Of a DNA stretch of 64,000 bases, positions 1-10,780 are shown piece after piece (position 1 is the first letter of the stretch; every line of letters begins with the position of its first letter). The notes beneath the pieces were generated by a model. It was not told where the DNA came from. It made no database searches and was given only the letters and a program-made list of their open reading frames with translations. Made by a program: the position numbers and the translations under genes. This stretch comes from Mobula hypostoma (taxonomy: Eukaryota), in contig NC_086108.1 of assembly GCF_963921235.1 (NCBI RefSeq), forward strand, positions 92,692,001 through 92,756,000. The letters are read 5' to 3'.

Positions 1-1245
1 ACCATATACAATCCTGAGATTCATTTTCTTGAGGGCGTACTCAATAAATCCAATAACCGTAACAGAAACCATGAAAGACCGCACCAACTGGAGGTCAACC
101 AGTCAGTAGTATACAGCAAACTGTTCAAGAACAGAAAGAGAGAAGTAATAATAATCAATAAATATTGAGACCATGAGATGAAGAGTCCTTGTAAGTGGGT
201 CCATAGGTTATGGGAACAGTTCAGTGAGGGGACAAGTGAAGTTGAGTTCAAGAGCCTGATAGCTGAGGGGTAGTAACTGTTCCTGTAACTGGTGGTGTGA
301 GTCCTGAGGCTCCTATACTGTCTCTCTGACTGTAGCAGTGCAAAGGGAGCATGATCTGGGTGGTGGGGGTCCCTGATGGATGTCACGTTCCTGCGACGGC
401 ACTCCGTGTAGATGTGCTCAGTGGTGGGGAGGACTGTATCTACTATTTCTTATAAGATTTGCCATTCAAGGTCATCAGTATTTCTATATCAGGCTGTGAC
501 ACAGCCCGTCATTATACTGCACATCAGTAGAAGTTTTCCAAAGTCTTTGATGTCATGCAGAATCCTCACAAACTCTGGATGAAGTAGAGGCACTGTTGTG
601 CTTTCTTCATAATTACATTTATGTGCTGGGCCCAGGACAGGTCCTCTGAATGATAACTCTGAGAAATTCAAAGTTGTGAACATCTTCACCTCTGATCCCC
701 TGATGAGGACCAACTCACGGACCTCTGATTTCCTCCTCCTAAAGTTACTACTCAATCCCTCGGTCTTGCTGACATTGAGTGAGAGGTTGTTATTGTGGCA
801 CAGCTCATCCAGATTTTCAGTCTCCCTCCTCTTTGCCAATTTGTCACCACCGTTGATTCAGCCTACATCAGTGGTGTTGTTAGCAAACTTGAATATAGCA
901 TTGGACTGCTGTAACTATATGTTATAATTATGTGGTTCTGTCAGTGTTAGTCTTTGGTCTGTCCTGCTTTCTGTGATATCACTCCAGAGAAACATTGTAT
1001 CATTTCTTAATGTATGCATGCATTTCTAAATGACAATAAAAGAGGACTGAGTGTTCTCATAATCTAAACTGTGCTTAGCCACACAGTCATAATTGTAAAG
1101 CAAGTGGAGCAGGGGTCTAAGCTCACAGCCCTGTGGTGCACCTGTGCTGATGGAGATTGTGAAGGAGATGTTGTTGCCAATCTGAACTGACTGGGGTCGC
1201 AAGTGGGGAACTTGAGGATCCAATTGCACAAGGAGGTATAATGTC
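1..1245 (-). mobile_element. Rex1/Babar-like (L2-group) non-LTR retrotransposon, decayed RT C-terminal part; a short + strand LINE 3' tail is inserted at about 910-1067
   Basis: ORF fragments ISTGAPQGC, CHNNNLSLNVSKT and IRDPHHPDH...RNSYYPSAIRLLN are typical of the 3' half of this clade. Confidence 0.85.
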
Positions 1246-2332
1246 TTGTATTCAATGTCCAAACAAGTAAAATTAGAATGTTGATTAAAATAATTGCCTA
1301 TCATTTAGACTTGAACAAAAATGCTGCAAACATTTAACACATTTGAAATTTGTAATGAGAGGAAGAAAATTACTTTTTCGGCTGATAACCTTCCCTCTTT
1401 TATAACCATACAGCTTAAGCAGACCTCATTTTATAAATGATGTTAATGAAGGCAATGGCCTCTTTCCCTACTGCAGATTTTAAGTGTTCACACTCCTTCC
1501 TCTAGGTGATCATTACTTACTTTTTTCTTCAGCAGAGTGGAAAGGTTCAAAGATGGAATGCTGGATAGGTAGCATGTTCTTGTCCAGAAGACATTATTTT
1601 TACTTCATATCTTCGATTCACTTTTCCAGCTGGAGAGAAAATTTCTTTTCTCTCACATTTTCAGTTCTCTTCAACATTTTTAGAACTTGCATCATACGAA
1701 CTTGCATCAATTTTTCTTATTTTTCCATTGAGATTAAATTTTATTTCCAAAACCTTCTTTTATAGGTCTGTAATCATACTTTCCATTGCGTGATTTTGTT
1801 TAATGTAACTGTAGAACAATGGAGCCAAATTAGCATTGATCCAACGTCTATTGCATTTTCCTTATAATGGTAGATAAACCATTTAGAATTTTATTCAGTT
1901 GAACAATTAGGAACTTTGACAAATAAAATATTTTTTAATTAAGGTAGACTTCAACTTGTGGAGATGAGTTTTTTTTTAACAATATTTTATATTGAGCCCA
2001 TTTTCAGAGAAATGTACAGTCTGGTACAGGGAGTGGATCAATGGTGGCCCAACATTTAACTAACATTTGCAACATGATCACAAGACCATAAGGAATAGGA
2101 GCATAATTAGACCATTGAGTCTGGTCCACCATTTCATCAAAGCTAATCCATTTTCCCTCTCAGCCCCTTTGTCCTTCTCCTTTTTGAATAAGTATGTTTA
2201 TCTATGACTGGACAGGCTACAGCAGCAGAAGACCATGACTGTGTTCTTGTCTACTGCTGCGGTAGCCCATCCACTTCAAAGTTCAACATATTCTGTGTTC
2301 ATAGATGCTCTTCTGCACACCACTGATGTTAA

Positions 2333-2843
2333 GGCTGATTTACACTTCTGCGTTAACTGGACGCCGTAACCTACACAGGTAGCCTGCGCGCGTTGTGAGC
2401 CTTTATACTTGTGCGTTGCTGTGTCTGCATAGCTCGGCAATTCACGCACGTCACACATGTGCACTCACCTGCCCACGCAAGGCTTCATGGTCACGGTAGT
2501 CCAGGTTAAACAAGATGCGAGTGTCTTTTCTTTCGTGCGAAATGTGTCCTCCATAATTTCAGAGGTCTGTAAAGCTTTATGGAAAACATTGCAGCCAGAG
2601 TTCCTTCCCTGCCCTTCAGTCGCCCAATGGGAAGCTATTGCAGCGTAGGAGGAAATGCGATACTACCAAGCGGATCGATCACAGTTGTTGGGTCTGCGTT
2701 GCCGCGACGCGCGGTTGTATTTTGGGAGAGGTGCGCGTCGCAGCAACGCAAGCTCTCGCGTAGGGTTCCGCGTCGGCTTTGCGTAGGGGTTACGGCGATG
2801 CAGACCTTACAGCGACGCATTGACGCAGAAGTATAAATCAGCC
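2333..2843. mobile_element. CpG-rich MITE with 21-bp terminal inverted repeats (possibly PIF/Harbinger-type)
   Basis: Left GGCTGATTTACACTTCTGCGT and right ACGCAGAAGTATAAATCAGCC, one mismatch. TAA on the left flank. No coding capacity. Confidence 0.8.
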
Positions 2844-3120
2844 ATTACTCACCTTCCTGCCAGCTTGAACCAGACTGGCCATTCTCCTCCGACCGCTCTC
2901 ATTACCAAGGCATTTTTGTCCACAGAACTGCCTCCCACTGGATTTTTTTTTATCACACCATTCTCTGTAAACCCTAGAGACCGCTGTGTGTGACAGATCA
3001 CAGGAAACCAGCAGTTTCTGAGATAATCTCAAACCACTCTGCCTGGCAGCAAGAACGAAAGTCATTTGGATTACATTTCCTCCCCATTCTGATGTTTGCT
3101 CTGAATAACAAGTGCACCTC

Positions 3121-4542
3121 TTCTTCTTCTTGTAATGTTTAATGGTGGTTGACATAAGGTGCATTTCCACGACTTCCTGAGTTGGAGTGTGAAGCAAAGA
3201 CACAGGAAGTATACCCACTAAAATGCCCTTTTAAAAATTCAATATCAAAAGGTCTAATGCTTTTCAGAAAGTCAGATATGCACTGATATACATTATGATG
3301 GCAGTGATATCCTAACAAACTTTCCATGTTAAACTGTGACTGTCCCAAAGATCTCAATTTAGCAATTAGATGTTTCATTTGCACCTCAGAGGAATTGCAT
3401 TCAAACAATATATGCTGCATTGTTTCTTGATAAGTGCAACCCCTACAAATGCCCGTACCATGCATATTAATTCTGAACAAGGAATTATTCAACCTAGTAT
3501 GTACAATATGTAAATGTGCAAGCATAGCGTCTTCCCTCCTTTTATACCCATCTCCCAGTTGTTCCACCATCCACTGAATTTTATATAAATGCCAACCTCT
3601 CTTTTTCTTATCCTAACTTTGTTGCCATAATGATTAAATAGACTTTTAAATCATAACTTTCACCTTTCCCTTATGCAAAGACACCACTACATTTAAATCC
3701 TTAATTTTAAATGATTTCTTTGCAAGAGTTTCTGATGCCTCATTTCCATCAACCCCAACATTGGATTGAACCCATATGAAATGTATAAATAGGCTTACAG
3801 TCTGCAACCTCAACAGATGTTGTCCTATTTTGGGAAGAAAGCTTGAACTGCTATTTGAAATACCTGTTTTAATAGATGACAAGACCGAGAGCAAATCAGA
3901 GCACAGAAGTACATAATCATCGTGTACTTCTTCAACCCATTCCAAGGCTAAAATGATAGTAACCATCTCAGAAGTCAATACTGATACGTTGTCTGATAGT
4001 CCTTCCTTCATAGACACCTGAAACTTTGGAACATAAAGAGAACACCTGAATGACCTGTCACTGGATCTCTTGAACCATCTGTGTGAATATGTAAGAATCC
4101 ATCATATCTGCCTTGCATATATTGCTGAACTTCCTGTGCCACTGATAAACAACCACTCCTCATCTTGATCTTCTCCTGAACGCCCAAATCAACTACAGGC
4201 AAAGGGAAAAACCATGGCAAAGTGGGAGAAAGGTGTACACTGGGACCGTATTCCACATTAAACAACCCAAGGTTTTGTTCCCAGTTATTTCCCATTCCAA
4301 CAAAACTGAAGACCTTATGAATACAGTGTTTTCAACACCCTACCAATGTTATCAATATTGGATGACCAGCTTTATGTCCTCGTACATTAACTCAACAAAC
4401 CATTGCTAACTATAATCTGCATAGATGTAAAGGCACTTCACCCATTTCTACCAGTAATGCCAAAATTGAGGACGATTCAATTGCACCACAACATAATCTC
4501 AATGCTTGAGTTTGAGCTAGGAGCTTTAAGACCACTGGTGAG
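3121..4542 (-). mobile_element. RNase H-containing non-LTR retrotransposon 3' part (I group, Nimb-like), 5'-truncated
   Basis: RNase H motifs HIHTDGS, SEMVTIILAL, LCSDLLSVL and WVQSNVGVDGNEASETLAK. C-terminal CxxC..H..C motif (CRGCTYQETMQHILFEC). (AAG)n tail at 3121-3131. Confidence 0.85.
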
Positions 4543-4747
4543 GCCGAACTGAACCATGTGACCATGCGTGTTTTTATGCATTGAGTTGCTGCCACATGAC
4601 TGGCTGATTAAATATTTACATTATAAGCAGGTGAACAGGTGTGCCTAATAAAGTAGCCACTAGGCGTATCTTAAAGTAAAATTTATGATATTCCCTTCAT
4701 TATTTGTTTTACCTACTCCACAGAAATTATACTTTACCCTCACTTTT

Positions 4748-6222
4748 AAGACCATAAGATATAGAAGCAGAATTAGGCCATGGAGTCTGCTCTGCCATTT
4801 CACCACGGCTTAAATATACCAAATGATTTGGCCTCCACTCTCTGGATGAAGAAATTCCTCCTCATCCCCATTCTAAATGGACATCCCTATATTCTGATGC
4901 TGTGTCTTCTGGTCTTACACCAAACCCCCCCCCCCACCCCCCACTGCAGGAAACATCCTCTCCACATCCACTCTATTGAGGCCGTTCAACATTTGATAGA
5001 TTTCAATGAGATCCCCCCTCATTCTTCTGAATTCCAGTGAGTATGGTCCCAGAGTCATCAAATGTTCCTCATATGATAAGCCTTTCAATCCCGGAATAAT
5101 TTCCGTGAACCTCCTTTGAACCCTCTCCAATGTCACTACATCCAGTGTTAGATAGGGAGTCCAAAACTGCTCACAATACTCCAAGTGAGGCCTCACCAAT
5201 GCTTTATAAAGCCTCAACATTACATCCTTACATTTATATTTTAGTCCTCTCTCAATGAATTCTATCATTGTATTTGCCTTCCTCACTACCTAGTCAACCT
5301 ACAAATTAACCTTTAGGGAATCCTGCACAAGGGCTCCCAAGTCCCTTCACTCCTCAGTTTTTTGTAGTCAACCCTTTCATTTCTTCATCCAAAGTGCATG
5401 ACCATGCACTTCCTGACACTGTACTCCATCTGCCATTTTTTGCCCATTCTCTTAATCTGTCTAAGTCCTTCTGTATCCTCTCCACTTCCTCAAAACTACC
5501 TGTGCCTCCACCTATCTTCATATTGTCTGCAAATCTTGCCACAAGGCCATCAATTCTGTCATCCAACTCACTGACATGTAGCACAAAAAGATGTGATCCC
5601 AACATAGACAGCCAACCAGAAAAGACTCCCTTTATTCCCACCCTTTGCCTCTTGCACAATGCTCTATGCATTTTAGTATCTTTCCTAGAATACCATGCGC
5701 TCTTAACTTGTTAAGCAGCCTCATGTGTGGCACCTTGTCAAATACCTTCTGAAAGTCCAAGTACACAATATTCACTGATCCTCCTTTGTCTATTCTCCTT
5801 GTTACTTCTTCAAAGAATTCCAACAGATTTGCCAGGCAAAATTTTCCCTTAAGGAGACCATGCTGATTTTGGCCTATTTTATCATGTGCCTCCAGGTACC
5901 CCAAAACCACATCCTTAACAATTGGCTCCAACATCTTCTCAACCACCGAGGTCAGATTAACTGGCCTATAATTTCCTTTCTTCTCTCTCTCTCTATTTTG
6001 AAAACTGGAGTGACATTTGCAATTTTCCAGTCCTCCGTAACCATTCCAGAATCCACTGATTCTTGAAAGATGATTAGTAATGCCTGCACAATCTCTTCAG
6101 CCACCTCTTTCAGAACCCTGGTGTGTGCAGCATCTGGTCCACGTGACTTACCTCCCTTCAGACCTTTCAGTTTCCCAAACAGTTTCTCCCTAGTGATGGC
6201 AACACATACACTTCGGACCCTG
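4748..6222 (-). mobile_element. CR1 LINE, 5'-truncated RT fragment
   Basis: VYLDFQKVFDKVPH, RFADNMKIGG, LYKALVRPHLEYCEQFW and RRMRGDLIE; CR1-type tail ...atcttatggtctt. Confidence 0.92.
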
Positions 6223-6351
6223 TTTTCTTCATTCTAGATGAATATTTTATCGTTTTCTTGCTCATAAACTCTTTCTTTTGGCCTTTAATATATTCCTCTT
6301 GGTTACCGTTTCCTGTCTCCTCCAACCTTCAATTAGTCAGGTAATCAAGTC

Positions 6352-8335
6352 TCAGAATTAGAATCAGAATCAGAATTAGTATCACTGGTATATGTCATGA
6401 AACTTGTTAATTTTATGGCACAGTGCAATGGAATACATGATAGATAAATATGAAGGAAAAAACTCAATTATATTAAGTATATATATGTCTAGTAAATAGT
6501 TAAGTTAAAAGAAGTAGTGCAAAAATAAAACAGTAGTAAAAAAGTAGTGATATAGTGTTGGGGTCATACTCTGTGTCCAGTGCTCCCGGTGTGGCCTCGT
6601 ATATATCGGTGCAACCTGACGTAGATTGGGAGACTGCTTTGCCGAACACCTACACTCCATCCACCGAAAAAGCAGGATCTCCCAGTCGCTACCCATTTTA
6701 ATTCCACTTCTCATTACCATTCCAATATGTCTATCCATTGCCTCCTCCACTGTCATGACAAGGCCACACTCAGGTTGGAGGAACAACAGCTTATATTCCG
6801 TCTATGTAGCCTCCAAACTGATGGCATGAACATCGATTTCTTGAACTTCCTTTAATGGCCCCACCCCCCTCCACCAGTCCCCATCCCCATTTCCTTCACT
6901 CACCTCATCTCTTTGCCTGCCCATCGCCTCCCTCTGGTGCTCCTCCCCTCTTTTCTTTCTTCCATGGCCTTCTGTCCTCTCCTATCAGACTCCTGACTTC
7001 TCCAGCCCTGTATCTCTTTCACCAATCAACTTCCCAGCTCTTTACTTCACCCCTCCCCCTCCCGGTTTCACCTATCACCTTGTGTTTCTCAACCCCCAAC
7101 CCCACTACACCTCATCTTTTTTTCTCAGTCCTGCTGAAGGGTCTTGGCCTGAAACATTGACTCTACTCTTTTTCCATAGATGCTGTCGAGCCTGCTGAGT
7201 TTCTCCAGTATTTTGTGAGAGATGTAGTCTTCATGGTTTCAACGTCCATTTATAAACCAGATGGCAGGGGGAAAGAAGCTGTTCCTAAATTGCTGAGTGT
7301 GTGTCTTTGTGCTTCTGAACCTGCTTTCTGATGGTAACAATGAGAAAAGGGCATGTCCTGGGTGGTGGGACTCCTAAATGTTGGATGCTGCCTTCCTGAG
7401 GCACCACTCCTTGAAGGTGTCTTGGATACTATGAAGGCTAGTACCCATGATGGAGCCGACTAGTTTTATAACTTTATATAACTTACTTCAATCTTGCGCA
7501 GTAGCCCTCCCACCCCCACATACCAGACAGTGATGAAGCCAGTCAGAATGCTCTCCATGGTACATTAGGAGAAGTGTTCAAGTGTTTTAGTTCACAAACC
7601 AAATCTCCTCAAAATCCTAATGAAATATAGCCACTGATTTGCCTTCCTTATAGCTGCATCAATCTGTTGCTTCCAGATTAGGTCCTCAGAGATATTGACA
7701 CCCAGGAACTTGGAACTGCTCACTCTCCCCACTTCTGATCCCTCTATGAGGACTGGTGTGTGTTCCCTCATCATGCCCTTTCTGAAGTTCACAATTAGCT
7801 CTTTAGTCTTGGTGACGTTGAGTGCAAGATTGTTGCTGCGACACCACTCAACTAACTGGTATATCTTGCTCCTGCACACCTTTCAACACCATCTGAAATT
7901 CTGCTAACAATGGCTGTATGATTAGCAATTTTATAGATGGCAATTGGGCTATGCCTAGCCACACAGTCATGGTATAGAGAGAGTAGAGCAGTGGGCTAAG
8001 AACACATCCCTGTAGAGCACCAGTGTTAAATGGTGGACATGTTATTTCTGACCCGCATAGATTGTGGTCTTCTGGTTAAGAAGTCAAGAATCCAGTTGTA
8101 GAGGGAGGTCCAGAGGCCTAGGTTCTGTAGCTTTTCAATCAGGACTGTTGGAATGATGGTATAAAACGTCAATGAACAGCATCCTGACTTAGGTACTTGG
8201 ATTGTCAAGGTAATTCAATGCCAGGTGGAGAGTCATTGAGATCGTGTCTGCTGTCGACCTAGTGTGGTGAAAGGCAAATTGCAGTGGGTCCAGGTCCTTC
8301 CTGAGACGGGTGTTGTTTCTAGCCATGACCAACCT
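6352..8335 (-). mobile_element. Rex1/Babar-like LINE fragment, with its 3' UTR interrupted by a Penelope-like element
   Basis: LDPLQFAFHHTRSTAD, WCRSNNLALNVTKTKELIVNFRK and KFLGVNISEDL; (TCTGAT)n-type tail at 6352-6375. Confidence 0.85.
6556..7220 (+). mobile_element. Penelope-like element 3' part (decayed GIY-YIG endonuclease plus terminal repeat)
   Basis: GVILCVQCSRCGLVYIGAT*RRLGDCFAEHL, then a pyrimidine-rich UTR and a degenerate hammerhead motif at about 7127-7162. Confidence 0.85.
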
Positions 8336-8702
8336 GGTGCAGCGCTGACAAACTGACGTGCTGCTTGGCAGGGCACTAATTGAAAAGTGCACTTACTGGA
8401 AGTCAGACATATAAACAGGAAGTACTAGAAATGTTCAACGGGTTAGATTTATCGGCAGAGAGGCTTCTCAGGTTGATGATCTTCCATATCACTCTGTCGA
8501 AAGCCCAGTGCCAGGTGCAGGACATCCCTTTAGAGCTGAAGAGGAGTTGGAGGTGGAAGACCCAGTTCTGACCCTTTCAGATCCAAATATCTGGTAGGGA
8601 TAATGTTGGAATCTATAATTATGTAATAATGAAAAGAATAATGTGTTTCCTCTCAGTTAATATTGATTTATGAAGGGAAGAGCTAAAGAGTCATAGATCA
8701 CT

Positions 8703-8736
8703 CCAGCAGACCAGCAGACCAGCAGACCAGCAGACC
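8703..8736. repeat. (CCAGCAGA)4 tandem repeat
   Basis: Read directly from the sequence. Confidence 0.9.
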
Positions 8737-8834
8737 CTCCAGCCCTTCTCATCTGTGCCTCCCTGATCTTCTGCTTAATCCAGCGTACCTGCATCTGGAT
8801 CATAGCCCTACCCTTCCAAACATTTATTAAATGT

Positions 8835-9620
8835 TACAACGTGTCACACTTCAGTAGGACCAACCAGAGTATTCCTTACACAGTGAAGGGTAGGGCACTG
8901 AGTATTACAGTTAAACAAAGGCATCTGAGCATACAGGTCCATAATTCATTGAAAGTAGTGTCACAGGTAGACAGGGTTGTAAAGAAAGCTTCTAATGCAT
9001 TAGCCTTCAAAAATCAAAGTATTGAGTACAGAGGATGGGATGTTATGTTGAAAAGCGATGTAATGTATTAAAAGTTGGTGAAGCCTAATTTAGAATATTT
9101 TGTGCAGTTTTGGTCACCCACCTACAGGAAAGATATAAATAAGGTTGAAAGAGTACAGAGAAAATTTTCAAGGTTGTTGCCGGGTCTGGAGGATCTGAGT
9201 TATAGGGAAAGGTTGAATAGGTTAGGACTTTATTCCTTGGAACATGGAAGACTGAGAGGGTATTTGATAAAGGCATAAACAATTATGAGGGGTATAGATA
9301 GGATAAGTGCAAGTAGGCTTTTTCCACTAAGGTTGAGTGAGACTACAACCAGAGGTCATGGATTAAGGGTGAAAGGTGAAAAGTTTAAGAGGATCATGAA
9401 GGGAAACTTCTTGACTCAGGGGGTTGTAAGAGTTTGGAACAAGCTACCAACATAAGTGATGCAGGCGAGCTTGATTTTAAGAGCAGTTTGGATAGTTACA
9501 TGAAGAGTATGGGTATGGAGGGCTATGGTCCCAATTCAGGTTGATAGGATTAGGCAGTTTAAATGGTTTGGCACAGACTATATGGGCTGAAGGGCCTGTT
9601 GCTGTACTTTGCTATGATTA
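8835..9620 (+). mobile_element. CR1 LINE 3' fragment
   Basis: LKVVSQVDRVVKKA, VKPNLEYFVQFWSPTYRKDINKVERVQRKF and LSYRERLNRLGLYSLE. Confidence 0.9.
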
Positions 9621-10199
9621 TATGACTCCATGACACTATGGTATCTACAGTAGAGGTGGTGTATTCTGATTTCCAGAAGGTTTTCGATGAAGTTGTGCAA
9701 AGGAGGTTATTTAATGAAGTAAGAACATAAGAAAAGGGGAATAATATACTGATGTGAGCTGAGAATTGATGGAAATGTGGCAGAAAAGTTGGAGGTTCAT
9801 AGTTAATAGTCTGCTTCTGTACAGTAATACTCCCTAACTTCCACACCACACTCACAGAGTTCAGCAATCTATTTTCAGCATATTAATTTCCGATTCAGAT
9901 TCCTAAGCGTATTCTTCAATGGAAATTTTTGTTTAATTTGGGAATATTAGAAACAGTGACATTTAAACGCATGGAACTGAGGAGGCTTGTTCTAAAGTGT
10001 TGGCAAGCCGCGAAAGCAATGCGAAGATGCATCGGAAATAAGATCCTCTGACAATGAACTTTCTTTCCCTCCTGGGATATCCTGATTTTCAAGGGGAAAC
10101 AAAGAAAATATTTCCCATTCTCTTTCCAGAGGGGGCTGGGTATTCCTGTCACCATCTCGGAGCGCCTGGGAGGGGGACTTGGCTTCTTTCGTTCCCATG

Positions 10200-10780
10200 G
10201 GGCTGTCAAACTACGGGGGGGGGGGTGGGTAGGAGAGAGGGAAGTTGCTGGCCAGCCAGTCACAGTCCTCTCTTTGCATGTTGCCCACTGCCCAGATCCT
10301 GCTCCTTCTAAAACCCAGCAGCCCTCCTCCAATGTACCCCGGCGCCCCTCCCAGCGCAGAGGCTCGGTGGGCGGGCGGGGGGGGGGCTTCCAGCGGGTGA
10401 AACAAAGGCTGCGAAGCCGATTGGACCGGCCGCTCGGCCAATCGCGCAGGCGGATCTGTGTGAGCCGGGCTCGCATTGTGAGCGCTGTGAAAGCCGAGCC
10501 GCATCTCGTCTCCAGCTTCGCTCGGCAGAGGCTGCAGCTTGGAATCTCGCAAGTCCGACTGACTGCCTCGGGTCCGTCGCCGTCCCACGCAAAGACCTCG
10601 ACCTGGGCTTCACTCCACCGGCTGCCCACCTTCGCGAAGCTCCAGCGCCCGTCGGCTTTTCGACCAGCCCATTCAGACCTGAAGCCACTTTCTTCCGCGA
10701 CACTCACCCGCAACACACAATGGCTCACTTTAACAGAGGTCCCGCGTACGGTCTGACCGCCGAAGTACGAAACAAGGTAA
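10200..10780 (+). promoter_or_regulatory. CpG-island promoter and 5' UTR of the calponin gene
   Basis: Sharp rise in GC and CpG. GC box GGGCGGGCGGGG at about 10369, ATTGG at 10420-10424, CCAAT at 10438-10442, Sox-type AACAAAG at 10401. No TATA box seen. Lies directly upstream of the ATG. Confidence 0.85.
10720..10776 (+). CDS. CNN3: Calponin coding exon 1 (MAHFNRGPAYGLTAEVRNK)
   Basis: ATG in strong Kozak context (acaATGG). The 57 nt encode the calponin N-terminal motif HFNxGPxYGLxAEVxNK and end at the donor AAG|gtaaac. Family assignment is secure; CNN3 versus CNN1 is uncertain. Confidence 0.93.

Larger units (their letters stand above)
2230..4666 (-). mobile_element. Tc1-derived non-autonomous element, split by two later insertions (2333-2843 and 3121-4542)
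   Basis: Segments 2230-2330, 2845-3120 and 4545-4666 are the reverse complement of the copy at 13224-13747. Terminal sequence ...cctaataaagtagccactaggcg|TA. Confidence 0.8.

Noticed and set aside
8703..8736. Short direct repeats as a CRISPR-like array
   Set aside because: Simple 8-mer tandem repeat with no spacers, in a eukaryotic context.
9916..10756. Long overlapping ORFs (270, 160, 131 and 125 aa) on both strands
   Set aside because: Expected from stop-codon scarcity in a CpG island; mostly non-ATG starts and no recognisable domain. The supported CDS starts at 10720.
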